A stretch of DNA of 61,654 bases, from positions 1-61,654 of the forward strand of contig CAVVUS010000041.1 of NCBI GenBank assembly GCA_963751345.1. Direction: 5' to 3'. Below, piece by piece: positions 1 to 10,402 of the stretch; position 1 is the first letter of the stretch, and the number at the start of each line of letters is the position of its first letter. The position numbers and the translations under genes are program-made. The notes beneath the pieces were generated by a model. That model worked only from the letters and a program-made list of their open reading frames with translations. It had not been told where the DNA came from and did no database searches. This stretch comes from an uncultured Chloroflexia bacterium. GTDB taxonomy: Bacteria; Chloroflexota; Anaerolineae; B4-G1; SLSP01.

Positions 1-15
1 CCGGGTCTACGTAAC

Positions 16-43
16 TCGACATTGTGTCGTTATGTGGTATACT
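16..43 (+). promoter_or_regulatory. Putative sigma70 promoter of csp gene
   Basis: TCGACA (16-21), 16-nt spacer, extended -10 TGgTATACT (35-43). Confidence 0.55.
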
Positions 44-82
44 ACTGAGTGTAGGACGAAGTAAGTGTAGGTCGTGAACCCC

Positions 83-120
83 AAGGCCACCCACTCTTGC
101 TGAGCTGGGCGGCCTTTTTT
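83..120 (+). terminator. Terminator-like hairpin in csp 5' leader
   Basis: AAGGCCACCCA...TGGGCGGCCTT stem (one mismatch) running into a T6 tract. Confidence 0.5.
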
Positions 121-165
121 GTTCGACCGAACTTCGCCCACTATAGATGTAAGGAGCGTAGTACT

Positions 166-408
166 TTGTCACAGACAGAAAATGCAGGGCAGACCGGAGT
201 GCAGACCGGAACCGTCAAGTGGTTTAACGCCGGAAAAGGCTTTGGCTTCATTTCGCGCGATAGTGGGGAGGATGTCTTCGTCCACTTCTCGGCGATTCAG
301 GAGACCAGCGCAGGCGGTTACCGTGAGCTTCAGGAAGGTCAGCGCGTTGAGTTCACAGTGGAGCAGTCCGATCGGGGCCTCAAAGCGGCCAACGTGAAGG
401 CGCTCTAG
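166..408 (+). CDS. cspA: Cold-shock protein
   Basis: GTVKWFN, RNP1 KGFGFI, RNP2 VFVHF; TTG start after AAGGAG RBS. Confidence 0.93.
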   Translation: MSQTENAGQTGVQTGTVKWFNAGKGFGFISRDSGEDVFVHFSAIQETSAGGYRELQEGQRVEFTVEQSDRGLKAANVKAL

Positions 409-446
409 TCCACTCTCAATGAGAGTCACGGTGTAAGCCGTGAGTT

Positions 447-482
447 CAAAGACCGCACAGCTTAACAGCTGTGCGGTCTTTG
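447..482. terminator. Bidirectional intrinsic terminator
   Basis: Perfect 16-bp stem CAAAGACCGCACAGCT/AGCTGTGCGGTCTTTG between convergent genes. Confidence 0.8.
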
Positions 483-568
483 CGTATAGAGGATGCCTCC
501 CCTTATGATCACGGATGTCGAGAGCTACTTTGAAGCCGCGTGTCTCTCCCCTTGGTGCCGGCGTGACG

Positions 569-2458
569 CTACGGCAGATACGCCGCCGCCCACCCAACAT
601 CGAGCTCGTTGAGCTTTGCCTCGGTCGGCACCCCCGTTTCGGGGTCCCAACCTGCCATCGCATAGTAGGTGTGCATCGCGGACCGCAGCGCATCGCGGTC
701 GATGCCGCCGTCGGCCAGCGCGCCGCCCGTCGTGGGACCGTAGCTCCGCTCAGCCAGGCGATCGTCCTCCGGGCCAAAGCCCTCGCGCGCGTTGAAAACC
801 CGCGCCAGCGCCAACGCCCGCTCCCCTGCCCTGAAGAGCTCGTAGGACGAGACATTCCAACCCGTCGCTGCCTGCACGATCTTGACCTGCTCCTCAGGAG
901 TCCATGGCACGAAAAGACAGAGGCACAGGCAGTTGATCGTAATCTGGCGGATCGTGTGATAGAGCGAAGCCCGCACCTTGTCGGGACCCAGGCTCTCCAG
1001 CGGAACCGGTTCCAGGACACCCATCGCGCGCAGCCCGCCGTTCTGCGTGAAGCCCTCCTCGTCAGGGTTGACGAGACCTGTATCGTGGAGCGAGTGGCAG
1101 TGGTCGGCGCCCGTCGGCGAGACGGCGTAGCCGATCGCCATGCCGCGCTTGAGCCGCGGCTCGTGCATTGGGTACTCCTGCCCCTTGGCCTGCATGGCGA
1201 ACTCCTCAGCACCGTGACCGATAGTCTGCGCAGCGCGGAGCGAGCCGTCGGCCAGGAGATTGCCGATGCCCTCCCGGCGACCGATCATCTCCACCATCTT
1301 GACGAGGGCCTCACCGTTACCAAAACGGAGCTCGACGCCGCCGGTATCTTCGACCGAGAGCAGCTCGTTCTCGAAGCACTCCATCGCGAAGGCGATCGTC
1401 ACCCCGGTGCTGATCGTGTCCAGCGAGTAAGCATTACACCGCTCGGTGGCTTTGGAGACGGTCACGATGTCGTTGACACCGCAGGCCGACCCCAACGCTC
1501 CCACGGACTCGTACTCCGGACCGCCGTACGCCGGGTCGACCGCAAACGGTGCCTCTGCTTGCACGAGCTTCTTGCAGCGCACGGCGCAGGCGTAGCACCC
1601 TTCCATCCCGACACCGATCTTCGTCATGAAGTCGTCGGCGCTCAAGTTGGTAACCTCGTCAAACTCCCCGTCCCGGAAGTTGCGGACGGGCAGATTGCCG
1701 CTTGCCAGGCCCCCGTCGAGGCCCACACCCGTACCCCATTTGTGTAGGTTCTCAGCACGCTCTCCCGCGTTGACTGCCTGCGCCATCTCGCGGGCAAGCG
1801 ACATCATCGCCTCTTGGTCGTGGGCCTCCAGCCCCTGCGCCCCGAGAACCGCAATGGCCTTGAGCTTCTTCGAGCCCATGACTGCACCCATTCCCGTCCG
1901 GCCGGCCGCATCCTTGGTGCCGTTCATTACACACGCGTAGAGGACCTGATTCTCGCCCCCCGGTCCGATCATCGTGACCTCGACGCGCCGGCTTCCCAAC
2001 TCGTCGCGCAACTGGGCCTCGGTCTCCTTGGTTTCGAGCCCCCAAAGATGGCTGGCGTCGCGAATCTCAGCCTCGCCATCCTTGATCCACAGATAGACCG
2101 GCGTCTCCGAGATACCCTCGACAATGATCGCGTCGAAACCCGCCCGCTTGAGCTGCGCCCCCCAATGACCACCCACCTCCGCCGCACCGAATGCCCCGGT
2201 CAGCGGCGACTTGGCACCCACTGCGCTGCGCGAGGCACCCGAGATCGGCAGACCCGTTAACACGCCCGGAGCGAAGACCAGCTTGTTCTCCGAACCCAGC
2301 GGGTCGGCTCCCGCAGGCACTTCTTTCAGCAGCACATCGGCGATGATGTTCCATCCACCGAGGTATCGTCGGAAGTAGATCGGTCCCGGCGACTCGACAC
2401 TCGTCGTCCCATCCGTCAGATTCACCCGCAGGATCTTGTCATGAAATGACTGAGCCAC
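569..2458 (-). CDS. Aldehyde ferredoxin oxidoreductase (W/Mo AOR family)
   Basis: KILRVNLT, KSPLTG, GRTGMGAVMGSKKLKAI, CYACAVRC, GPEYE, GADH; GTG start after GGAGGTG. Confidence 0.92.
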   Translation of the reverse strand: MAQSFHDKILRVNLTDGTTSVESPGPIYFRRYLGGWNIIADVLLKEVPAGADPLGSENKLVFAPGVLTGLPISGASRSAVGAKSPLTGAFGAAEVGGHWGAQLKRAGFDAIIVEGISETPVYLWIKDGEAEIRDASHLWGLETKETEAQLRDELGSRRVEVTMIGPGGENQVLYACVMNGTKDAAGRTGMGAVMGSKKLKAIAVLGAQGLEAHDQEAMMSLAREMAQAVNAGERAENLHKWGTGVGLDGGLASGNLPVRNFRDGEFDEVTNLSADDFMTKIGVGMEGCYACAVRCKKLVQAEAPFAVDPAYGGPEYESVGALGSACGVNDIVTVSKATERCNAYSLDTISTGVTIAFAMECFENELLSVEDTGGVELRFGNGEALVKMVEMIGRREGIGNLLADGSLRAAQTIGHGAEEFAMQAKGQEYPMHEPRLKRGMAIGYAVSPTGADHCHSLHDTGLVNPDEEGFTQNGGLRAMGVLEPVPLESLGPDKVRASLYHTIRQITINCLCLCLFVPWTPEEQVKIVQAATGWNVSSYELFRAGERALALARVFNAREGFGPEDDRLAERSYGPTTGGALADGGIDRDALRSAMHTYYAMAGWDPETGVPTEAKLNELDVGWAAAYLP

Positions 2459-2610
2459 AGTATTCACCTCCCGTAGCAAGCTACAAACAGCCATGGATCA
2501 ACAGTCAACATCCGGAGAGGGAGAGCCGCCTCTCTCATGCCTTCAGGCTTCGGAGACCAGATGCCGACCGCTTATTCACTGCAACCGACAACTGAAAACA
2601 GGAAACGGTC

Positions 2611-3492
2611 CTATCCTAACGTTGTCTCCTCGCCTTCACCTTCTTCTTGGGGCTTCTCCCAGTTGATCTTATCGAAATCCTCGATCGAGTGCGTCTGGCC
2701 CCACGCTTCGAAATCTGCCTCGATCGCCTCGGTCCACTTCGTGTCCATCTGGCTGGAGTTGTAGATCCCCTCACGGAGGCGTTGGTGGCTGAATGTCTCA
2801 CGCAAGTGCGTGCGCTCCGAGTGCTCCACTACCTCTTCTGCCAGATGGGGCGGAATGAAAAGCAGGCCCGTCATCGTGCCGAGCACGACGTCGCCGGGCA
2901 TACAGGTAGCGGCGCCGATGCGGCATGGCACGTTCATCCCCACCAGGGTCACATTGCGAATTGGCGTCGGATCAACGCCTTTGCAGAAGGTAGAGAAGTT
3001 AGGGATGTCGATGATCTGCTCGGCGTCGCGAATACCGCCGTAGATGACCTGCCCACGCTTTGTGCGGCTGGCGATGGCAGTGGATAGGTTGGCACCTGAG
3101 TAGGTTCCCTGGTAGACCTTGCCAAAGAGGTCGATGACGACCACGTCGTCCTCGCGCAGTGTCTCGATAACCCAGGAGTTCATCGCGCCGATGCGGCCCT
3201 CTTGCTCGTGACCGTAGTCCATCAGCCCGTCATGCAAGTCCGGGCGGTGTGGCACGAACACCCCGGTCACCGCACGCCCGACGAGCTTTCGATGCGGGTG
3301 CAGCCGATACCAATCACCCTCAAACTGGAAGTGGTATTCGTGGCGCCACAGCACGGACCACGCCTCTTCCATCGTCACCCGCTCCATCCGGCGGATGATG
3401 TCATCCGGCACCCTGGGGCGTCCATCCTCGAACCGCTCCCCCTCCCACAACGGCGTCAGTTGAATGATGTCCTCGCGATTATTGTAAATCAT
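2611..3492 (-). CDS. RraA/HMG-aldolase family protein
   Basis: GRAVT, VIYGGIRD, PGDVVLG motifs. Confidence 0.8.
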   Translation of the reverse strand: MIYNNREDIIQLTPLWEGERFEDGRPRVPDDIIRRMERVTMEEAWSVLWRHEYHFQFEGDWYRLHPHRKLVGRAVTGVFVPHRPDLHDGLMDYGHEQEGRIGAMNSWVIETLREDDVVVIDLFGKVYQGTYSGANLSTAIASRTKRGQVIYGGIRDAEQIIDIPNFSTFCKGVDPTPIRNVTLVGMNVPCRIGAATCMPGDVVLGTMTGLLFIPPHLAEEVVEHSERTHLRETFSHQRLREGIYNSSQMDTKWTEAIEADFEAWGQTHSIEDFDKINWEKPQEEGEGEETTLG

Positions 3493-3590
3493 GAAGTCAG
3501 CTCCTTGAATTGGCAGATGATGACGTTCGATATGGACTGATCGACGTGACGAATAACGACCTACGATTGATCCGGATCACCCGTCACGCG

Positions 3591-4440
3591 TTACGACTTT
3601 CCCGTCGCCCCAAACAAGTCTGCGTAATAGCCTGCCTGTACTTCAAAAGCCTCCGTCGTAGCCTTGCTGAACGACCAGTAGGAGGTCTCGCCGGCTTGGG
3701 CTGCGTCGGCGACGGCCTGACCCGCTGCGCGGAATAGGTTCGTGGCGACGTTGATCTTGGAGATACCGTTCTCGATGGTGGCGCGGAACTGCGCATCCGA
3801 ACAGCCCGAACCGCCGTGAAGCGCCAACGGGATATCCACTCGGGCACGGATGGCGCGCAGCAGATCGATATCGAGCTGCGGGTCGCCCTGGTAGAGTCCG
3901 TGGGCCGTACCGATGGCCACCGCGAGCATATCAACGCCCGTTTCTGCCACAAACCGCTCGACCGAGTCCGGATCCGTGAAACCCTTGCGCCGGGCGCCAT
4001 AGGCCTGATACTCGCGTCCACTGCCCACGTGCTCCAAGCTCCCCCTCCACGCAGACACCGACGGCGTGCGCCGCCCGGACCACAGCCTTCGTCTGCTCGA
4101 TGTTCTCCTCCAGCGACAGGCTGGAGCCATCATACATGACGTCGGTGAAACCGGCGGCGATGGCACGCATTGCCAACTCGAAGCTCGCCCCATGGTCGAG
4201 CATCAGCGAGATCGGAACGCTGACCTCAGAAGCTCGAACACAGACATAGGCCGCGAGAGCGCGTCCGTTGGGCCGATCGAAAACCCCGGAATAGAGTGCA
4301 ACCATCGCCGGTGCTCCGCGAGCCTCCAGCGCCTGAAGCATCCCCTCCGTGCTCTGGACATCCGACGTATCATAAAGCGGTAGCGCGTAGCCCCCGGCTT
4401 GCGCGCGTTTGAGTTCCTCCCCGATAGAAACGAGTGGCAT
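3591..4440 (-). CDS. Class II fructose/tagatose-bisphosphate aldolase (frameshift ~4035)
   Basis: LDHG, VMYDGS, VEGELG/HVG, AIGTAHG, LHGGSG, KINVAT spread over two frames. Confidence 0.88.
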
Positions 4441-4486
4441 GGCGTATCTCCTCCAGTGGTGAACTAACGTAGAAACGTCTGAACGT

Positions 4487-5457
4487 TCAAACGTTTGACC
4501 ATTCAGACGTAAGTTCGATACCCCGAGCGCGCAGAAACGCGATCACTTCATCATATCTCGGGATGCCGGCGCGACCGCCGAGACGGGTGCACTTCAACGC
4601 CGAAACGGCAGACGCGAACGTCGCGGTTCGACGCAGATCCCAGCCGTGCAGCAGACCCACGATGTAGGCGCCGTGGAAGACGTCGCCGGCGCCGGTCGTG
4701 TCGATGACCCGGCACGCGAAGGACGGGACGTGGAAGCGATCGACCACCCCATCCTGCCCCCTGGCACGGTATAGGCGCCGTCCTCCCCCTCTGTCTGCAC
4801 GACAATCCTCGGACCGTAGTCGAGCGCAGCCAGGAGCGCATCGGCAAGATCCGCCTCACCGGTCAGGCCCTGCACGAAGCCCGAACCGCTGATCAGCACG
4901 TCCACGTGCTCGACAAGCGTGCGCAGATGGCCGCGTACCGGCCCGCTCGTCTTGCTGCCATCGAGGACGACCTGCTTCCCTGCCTCGTGCATCCACTGCG
5001 CCGCCTGCAGCGCAGCCGCACTGTGGTATCCATCCAGATGCAGGTAGTCCGCCGACGTGATGTAGGCCCGGTCAAGCTCCTCTGGCTGCAACTGTGTGTC
5101 AGAAGGGCGCGCGACGCCCGCAAAGACCCGCTCACCGGTGTCAGCGTGCACATACACGATCACGACCTGGTCCTCGGGCACGTTCCGCGCGACCAATCGA
5201 CTCAAGTCGACGCCGACATCGTGGAACGAGCGCATCTTGAGCTCGGCGGCAGCGTCGTTCCCCACCGTCCCCACGAATCCGACCCGTGTGCCCAATTTGG
5301 CCGCAGCCACCATAGCGGTGCCGACCGGGCCGCCGCCATCGAATCCGAAGTCACTCAATCGCGTTCCGCGCTCCCAGGTGGGCATCTCCCGGAGCCGCAT
5401 CAAGACATCAAGGGTGGCCATGCCCAGGCCGACGATTTGCAGGGATTTCGAGGTCAT
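4487..5457 (-). CDS. PfkB-family carbohydrate kinase (frameshift ~4750)
   Basis: GGGPVGTA, GTVGND, DTTGAGDVFHG signature. Confidence 0.88.
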
Positions 5458-5796
5458 AGGTGATATCCGCGTTTGCTCCAAACTGAGGTAGATGACGGGG
5501 TTGCATCTAGGCCACCCCGCTGATGTCGCCGGCCTCCCGAGCGCCTCGCAGAGTATAGCGATGGATTCTGTAATGGTAAAGTGGACAAAGACACGGCAGG
5601 GACCCACGGACTACTGCGATTCCTCCAGCCTGGAAAGCAGAGACCGGATCGTTCCCGGCGTCAACGGTTTGGTGACACAGACGTCCGTACCCGCGAGCCT
5701 CGCACATCTGCTCCGCGGCGCGCCCTATCCGTGTCGTCATCCCTACCACCAGGGGCGTGGTCCGTCCTCTGCCCCCGATTCGCCGCACCCGCGCCA

Positions 5797-5970
5797 TCAG
5801 TTCGAGTTGCCGGCTTCGATCGTGCTCCGCTGCGCTCTCCTCTCAAGCAGGGAATCCGACAAACCGCCCTGCCGGAAAGGCTTGGTCAGATAAACGCAGA
5901 ATCCGGCACGCAGCACCTTCTCTTCGACACGTCCGGCTTCATGGGCCGTGACCGCGATCAACTTCGTCAC
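5797..5970 (-). pseudogene. Remnant C-terminal half of a response-regulator receiver domain
   Basis: Manual translation VTKLIAVTAHEAGRVEEKVLRAGFCVYLTKPF...; below ORF-track cutoff; no N-terminal acidic pocket. Confidence 0.55.
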
Positions 5971-6084
5971 CTGGATAGTAGTGGAATCAAGAGTGCCACG
6001 GCGACCTCAATCTATCACAGGTACTCCAGCAAGCAAGTCAGAATCAGGCTTGCCAATCCACCCCAGACGTGTAACCTGTGGCAC

Positions 6085-7545
6085 ATGCGCAAACAGACTA
6101 CGGCCCTCTGGATCCTAGTCGCTGTCGTGCTGACAGCGTTGATCCTGACGGCGTGCGCCGTGCAGGACAGTTTGTCCGGGGAACCGGTTCACATCACGGT
6201 GCTCTACACCAATGATGAGCACGGATGGATGGCTGCCACGGGCAACTTCGGCGGCGCCACGGGCATGATGCACCGCTGGCGTGAGGACGAGGGATATTCG
6301 GAGGACGGGGCGTTCCTGATCCTCGGCGGTGGTGACACGTGGACCGGTCCGGCGCTTTCCACGTGGTTTGACGGCGAGTCGATGATCGACGTGATGAATG
6401 CGATGAACTACGACGCCATCGCCATAGGCAACCACGAGTTTGACTTCGGCCTTGATGGCCTCCGAGCACGCGCGGCACAGGCCGAATTCCCCTTTCTCGC
6501 GGCCAACGTCAGCGACACCGCCACAGGAGAGCCACCTGATGGCGTCCTGCCCTACATCCTGCAGGATGTCGCCGGCGTCCGCGTGGGCATCGTGGGGCTT
6601 GCCTCACAACGCACACCGCAGACGACTATGCCCACCCACGTCGCAGGGCTTGAATTCGGCAACTATCAGCAGGCGCTGGCCCGCGCCGTGCCGGAGGTCC
6701 GGGCGGAGGGCGCCCAGGTTGTCCTCGTCATCAGTCACCTCTGTGGCCCCGAGATCAATGCCCTCGCGCCCGTGGCAGCCGAGTTGGGCGTGGCCATGAT
6801 CGGGGGCGGGCACTGCCACGAGCAGGTGGCCCGGATGGCGGAGGGAGTGGCGCTCGTCGAGGCAGGATGGCGCATGGAGGCCTACGGTCGCGTCGATCTG
6901 GACTACGACCCGCGCACGGGCAGTGTCGAGAACCTTGGGGTCGATGTGAAGCCTAACCGAGCCGGTGCAGGGAGTGACGACATCACGGATGTCGTCGCCC
7001 ATTGGCAGTCGCAGCTTGACGACGCACTATTGGTCCCCATCGGCTATACAGCGGATGGCATCAAGCGGAATTCCGACGCCATGTACAATATGGTGACGGA
7101 CGCTTGGCTGGCCGCCTACCCCGCCGATATCGCGATGAGCAATCCCGGCGGATTCCGGCAGGACATCGAACCCGGCGAGATCACGTTGGCGGATATCGTC
7201 GGCGTGCTCCCCTTCGACAACACGTTGGTAGATGCGCAACTGACCGGGCAGCAGGTCGTCGCCAGCTACCAGCATGGCGCGCAACGTCCTGCCGTCGGCG
7301 GCCTGACGCGGGCGGGCTCCCGCTTCCTGGTGAACGGCGAACCGCTGGAGATGCAAGGCACCTACCACGTCCTGGTCAATGACTTTATGTACGCAGGGGG
7401 AGACCGGTATGCCTTCGCGGACTACGACCCCGACGCCTACATGACCGGCATCGATTGGCGCCAACCGGTCATCGAGTGGATCTCGGCACTGCATACCTCG
7501 CCCGCGGACCCGCTGGAGAACTACCTGGATCAGAGCCGGCGGTAG
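6085..7545 (+). CDS. Lipoprotein bifunctional metallophosphatase/5'-nucleotidase
   Basis: Lipobox LTAC; TNDEHG, GGD, GNHEFD, GGHCH, NPGGFR, LPFDN. Confidence 0.9.
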   Translation: MRKQTTALWILVAVVLTALILTACAVQDSLSGEPVHITVLYTNDEHGWMAATGNFGGATGMMHRWREDEGYSEDGAFLILGGGDTWTGPALSTWFDGESMIDVMNAMNYDAIAIGNHEFDFGLDGLRARAAQAEFPFLAANVSDTATGEPPDGVLPYILQDVAGVRVGIVGLASQRTPQTTMPTHVAGLEFGNYQQALARAVPEVRAEGAQVVLVISHLCGPEINALAPVAAELGVAMIGGGHCHEQVARMAEGVALVEAGWRMEAYGRVDLDYDPRTGSVENLGVDVKPNRAGAGSDDITDVVAHWQSQLDDALLVPIGYTADGIKRNSDAMYNMVTDAWLAAYPADIAMSNPGGFRQDIEPGEITLADIVGVLPFDNTLVDAQLTGQQVVASYQHGAQRPAVGGLTRAGSRFLVNGEPLEMQGTYHVLVNDFMYAGGDRYAFADYDPDAYMTGIDWRQPVIEWISALHTSPADPLENYLDQSRR

Positions 7546-7596
7546 CGCGATCCAAGAAGGGTGTTGTGTCGACGTGACATCTTGTGGGCTACGCCC

Positions 7597-8316
7597 TCAA
7601 AACGGCCATTCCTTTCCCAGGTAGTCTCGGAGCACGAGACGATCCTCATCGGCCCGCGGGTCTAGGAAGAAGGGCAGCGCGTAGGCGGCAGCCTCCTCGG
7701 GCTCCAGGTCCGCGCTCGTGTTCTTGGTGCCGCCCATGTAGGAGCGCACCCAGCCGGGATGGTAGAGCCGGAAGGTATACCCCTCGGGGTGTAGATGGTT
7801 GAACATCAGCTTGACGCCCATATTCAGCGCGGCCTTCGACATGCAGTAGCTGTACCAGGAGGTGCGCCGCGCCATGTTGATGCTGCCGGCCTCGGACGAG
7901 ACAAAGCAGAGCCGCTTCATCTCGCTGGGCCGCGTGAGGGGCAGGAAAGCCTCCACCACGCGCAAGGGTCCCAGCGCGTTCACATCGAAGAGCCGGTGCA
8001 TCTCGTCGTAGTCCTGTGGCTCGCTGATGTCGGCGCGCATCGCACGCGAGCTGACGCCGGCATCGTTGATGATGAGGTCCACGCAGTCGGTCTCCGCGGA
8101 CACTGCCGCAGCAGCGGCCCGCGCGGACTCGACCGAGGTCACGTCCAGGGGCACCACGTGCAGCAGGTCGGGATAGTGCTGTACGAGCTGCGAGAGCTCG
8201 GGCCATTCCGGCATATACTGCCCGGCGAAGACCTGCCATCCCCGTGCCAGGAGTCCGGCAGTCAGCGCGTTGCCCAGTCCTCGATCGGCCCCGGTGACAA
8301 ATGCAGTCTGTGTCAT
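7597..8316 (-). CDS. Short-chain dehydrogenase/reductase
   Basis: TGADRGLG, YCMSK, HPGWVRS. Confidence 0.9.
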   Translation of the reverse strand: MTQTAFVTGADRGLGNALTAGLLARGWQVFAGQYMPEWPELSQLVQHYPDLLHVVPLDVTSVESARAAAAAVSAETDCVDLIINDAGVSSRAMRADISEPQDYDEMHRLFDVNALGPLRVVEAFLPLTRPSEMKRLCFVSSEAGSINMARRTSWYSYCMSKAALNMGVKLMFNHLHPEGYTFRLYHPGWVRSYMGGTKNTSADLEPEEAAAYALPFFLDPRADEDRLVLRDYLGKEWPF

Positions 8317-8340
8317 GTAGAACCTCCTGTGCGGGTGAGC

Positions 8341-8388
8341 GAATCGGAGAATACAAGAATGGAAGAATCAGAGAATGCGAGAATCGAG
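8341..8388. repeat. Degenerate 8-bp-period tandem repeat
   Basis: GAAT at 8341, 8349, 8357, 8365, 8373, 8381. Confidence 0.75.
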
Positions 8389-8444
8389 AGTCTTGCAGAT
8401 GGTGGCGAATACCATCTTGTCATCCGTCATCCAGAAAACGTCCG

Positions 8445-9496
8445 TCACCAACTCTCCTGCCGCGCCGTGATGGCGAGACCCCCATTGGGCAGCACCTCCA
8501 GCAGCCACGCGATCTCCTCGTCGCTGAGCTTGCCTTCCAGCAGCAGCGGCTTGCGATCCAGGATCTTCCGGAAGATCGGGGCCATCTGCGCCAGCGTCGG
8601 CACATTGGGGCCCTCCTCCAGCGTCACCTGGATCGCCTGCGGACGCTCGACCTCTAGGAGGGCGTCCACGGTGTGGAGCGAGCACGAGTGCAGGTGGATG
8701 AAGGCGTAGTCGACACTCTCCGAGATCCGCACGTCATAGGGCAGGAACCAGTCGCGGTAGTGACGCGCCGAGAGGAAGGCCGAGGCGTCGCACTGGGTGC
8801 GCACCACGGTCCCCGGTGCCCAGATGCCAAACGGGCTGACGTAGCCGCCCGCCACCGGCTGGAACCGCGCCAACAGCGCGGTCAAGATCTCGATGAAGAT
8901 GCCGGTGACGTCGTCGAGGAACTCGCGCAACCGGTCGGGGTGATCGTAGATCGAGAAGCTCATTAGCTCCGGCCCCAGCACCGCCTCCGCGAGATCGCTG
9001 GGCCCACGCATCGTGGGTGCCACGGTCGCGTAGCGTCCGCCGCTACGAGCCACAAGCAGGTCCGTCATCGCCAGGAGCAGCTCGAGCCAGGCATCGCTGC
9101 GATGCACGGCGCCAGCCTGCCAGTCGTCCCAACTTTCGACGAACTTGTGGGTGCGCATACTGCCGCCCTGGACCAACGCCTCGACGGCATTGCCAAGGAT
9201 CGCCTCGACCCACGGCACACGCCCGAACGCCGTCGCCGTACGGAAGAGGTCGCCAAACGTCTCCAGCGGGCCGGGCTCGCGGGCGGGGCCCGACCAGCCG
9301 CTCCACATCCACCATCTCCGGGGTCAGGAGCGTGTCCTCGGTGGCCACCGTGCCGCCGACGAGCGGGAGCCAGAGCTCTCCGAGCGGCGCCCCGTGTACC
9401 CGCGTGATCAGCGTCTCCTCGCGCTGCCACCAGCGCCGGTGGCGGTCGATCGAGCGCTCGCCCGTCGCGATCCAGGGCCAGGTCTACGGGCGTCAT
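8445..9496 (-). CDS. Uroporphyrinogen decarboxylase-like / MT2 methyltransferase-like protein (frameshifted)
   Basis: MRGPSD, QCDAS, IHLHS, IQV motifs; N-terminus split over frames. Confidence 0.55.
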
Positions 9497-9497
9497 C

Positions 9498-10295
9498 TCA
9501 CAACGCCGTCGCGCCGCTGGGTATGAAGCGCACGGGAAGCCCCGGCAGCCGCTCCGCCAGCATCGCAGCCTGGCGCCGAATCGCGGGGCTCTCGCTGATG
9601 CTGTGCAGCGTCTCGATCACGGGCATCCCCATCTCCAGCGCGGCGATCACGATGAACTCACTCATCTCGCCGATGATCAGCGCCTCCGCCCCGAGGTCAC
9701 GCGCCGCCTGCGGCATGTGGAACTGGTTCTCGCCAAAGCCGCCAATGAGGAAGGCGAAGCGGCGGATCGGCTTGTCGGCGTCGCCAAAGACCCGCACCGC
9801 ATCGAAGCCCAGCCCCTCGACCGCGCGATCCCGCAGCGCGCCGACGGTGATCGGTGCCGGCAGCTCGCTCACGGAGAAGAAGCGCTGTCGTGCTACCTCG
9901 CGCAGACCCTCGATCCCCAGTGCCGCCACCGCCTGGTCGGCCACGCCGTCGTCGCGCAAGGCGTCCCAGTTCGAGTGACTGCGATAGACAACCATCTCGT
10001 GCTGATCCAACAACTCGCGCCGCAGCCGGTTCGAGAAGATCTCGCCCGCCGCAGGCCCGGCGTACCACGGGCTCTCCTGCGGCGCGAGCCAGATCGACTC
10101 GTGACAGATCAGCATGTCGAGCCCCTGCGCCGCGCTGGCGCGGATACTCCCCGCGTGCACGTTCCAGAGGCAGGCAACCCCGCGGATCGTCCGGTCGGGC
10201 TTACCGTAGAGAAACCCCAGTTGATCCCCCGGTATCCCCGAATCCAGCGGCGCGATCTGCTCGAAGATATCGGCAACTTCACGTGCAGTTGTCAT
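9498..10295 (-). CDS. Nif3-like dinuclear metal centre protein
   Basis: DQLG, ICHE, HSNWD, GE, HSISE motifs. Confidence 0.8.
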   Translation of the reverse strand: MTTAREVADIFEQIAPLDSGIPGDQLGFLYGKPDRTIRGVACLWNVHAGSIRASAAQGLDMLICHESIWLAPQESPWYAGPAAGEIFSNRLRRELLDQHEMVVYRSHSNWDALRDDGVADQAVAALGIEGLREVARQRFFSVSELPAPITVGALRDRAVEGLGFDAVRVFGDADKPIRRFAFLIGGFGENQFHMPQAARDLGAEALIIGEMSEFIVIAALEMGMPVIETLHSISESPAIRRQAAMLAERLPGLPVRFIPSGATAL

Positions 10296-10402
10296 GGTTC
10301 CACCTCCTACCTCAGTGTAGCCCCACTTCGGCGGCTAGCCAGTTGACCTTATCGCCATCCGGCATACGCTAGAGGCCCACACACAACAGGAGGTGAACCC
10401 AG

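Noticed and set aside
42-80. Hammerhead-ribozyme-like CTGAG...GACGAA...GTC
   Set aside because: Lacks the CUGANGA and GAAA core and the required stems
5581-6084. 168-aa N-terminal extension of the 5'-nucleotidase
   Set aside because: The signal peptide and lipobox begin at ATG 6085; the extension is antisense to the receiver remnant
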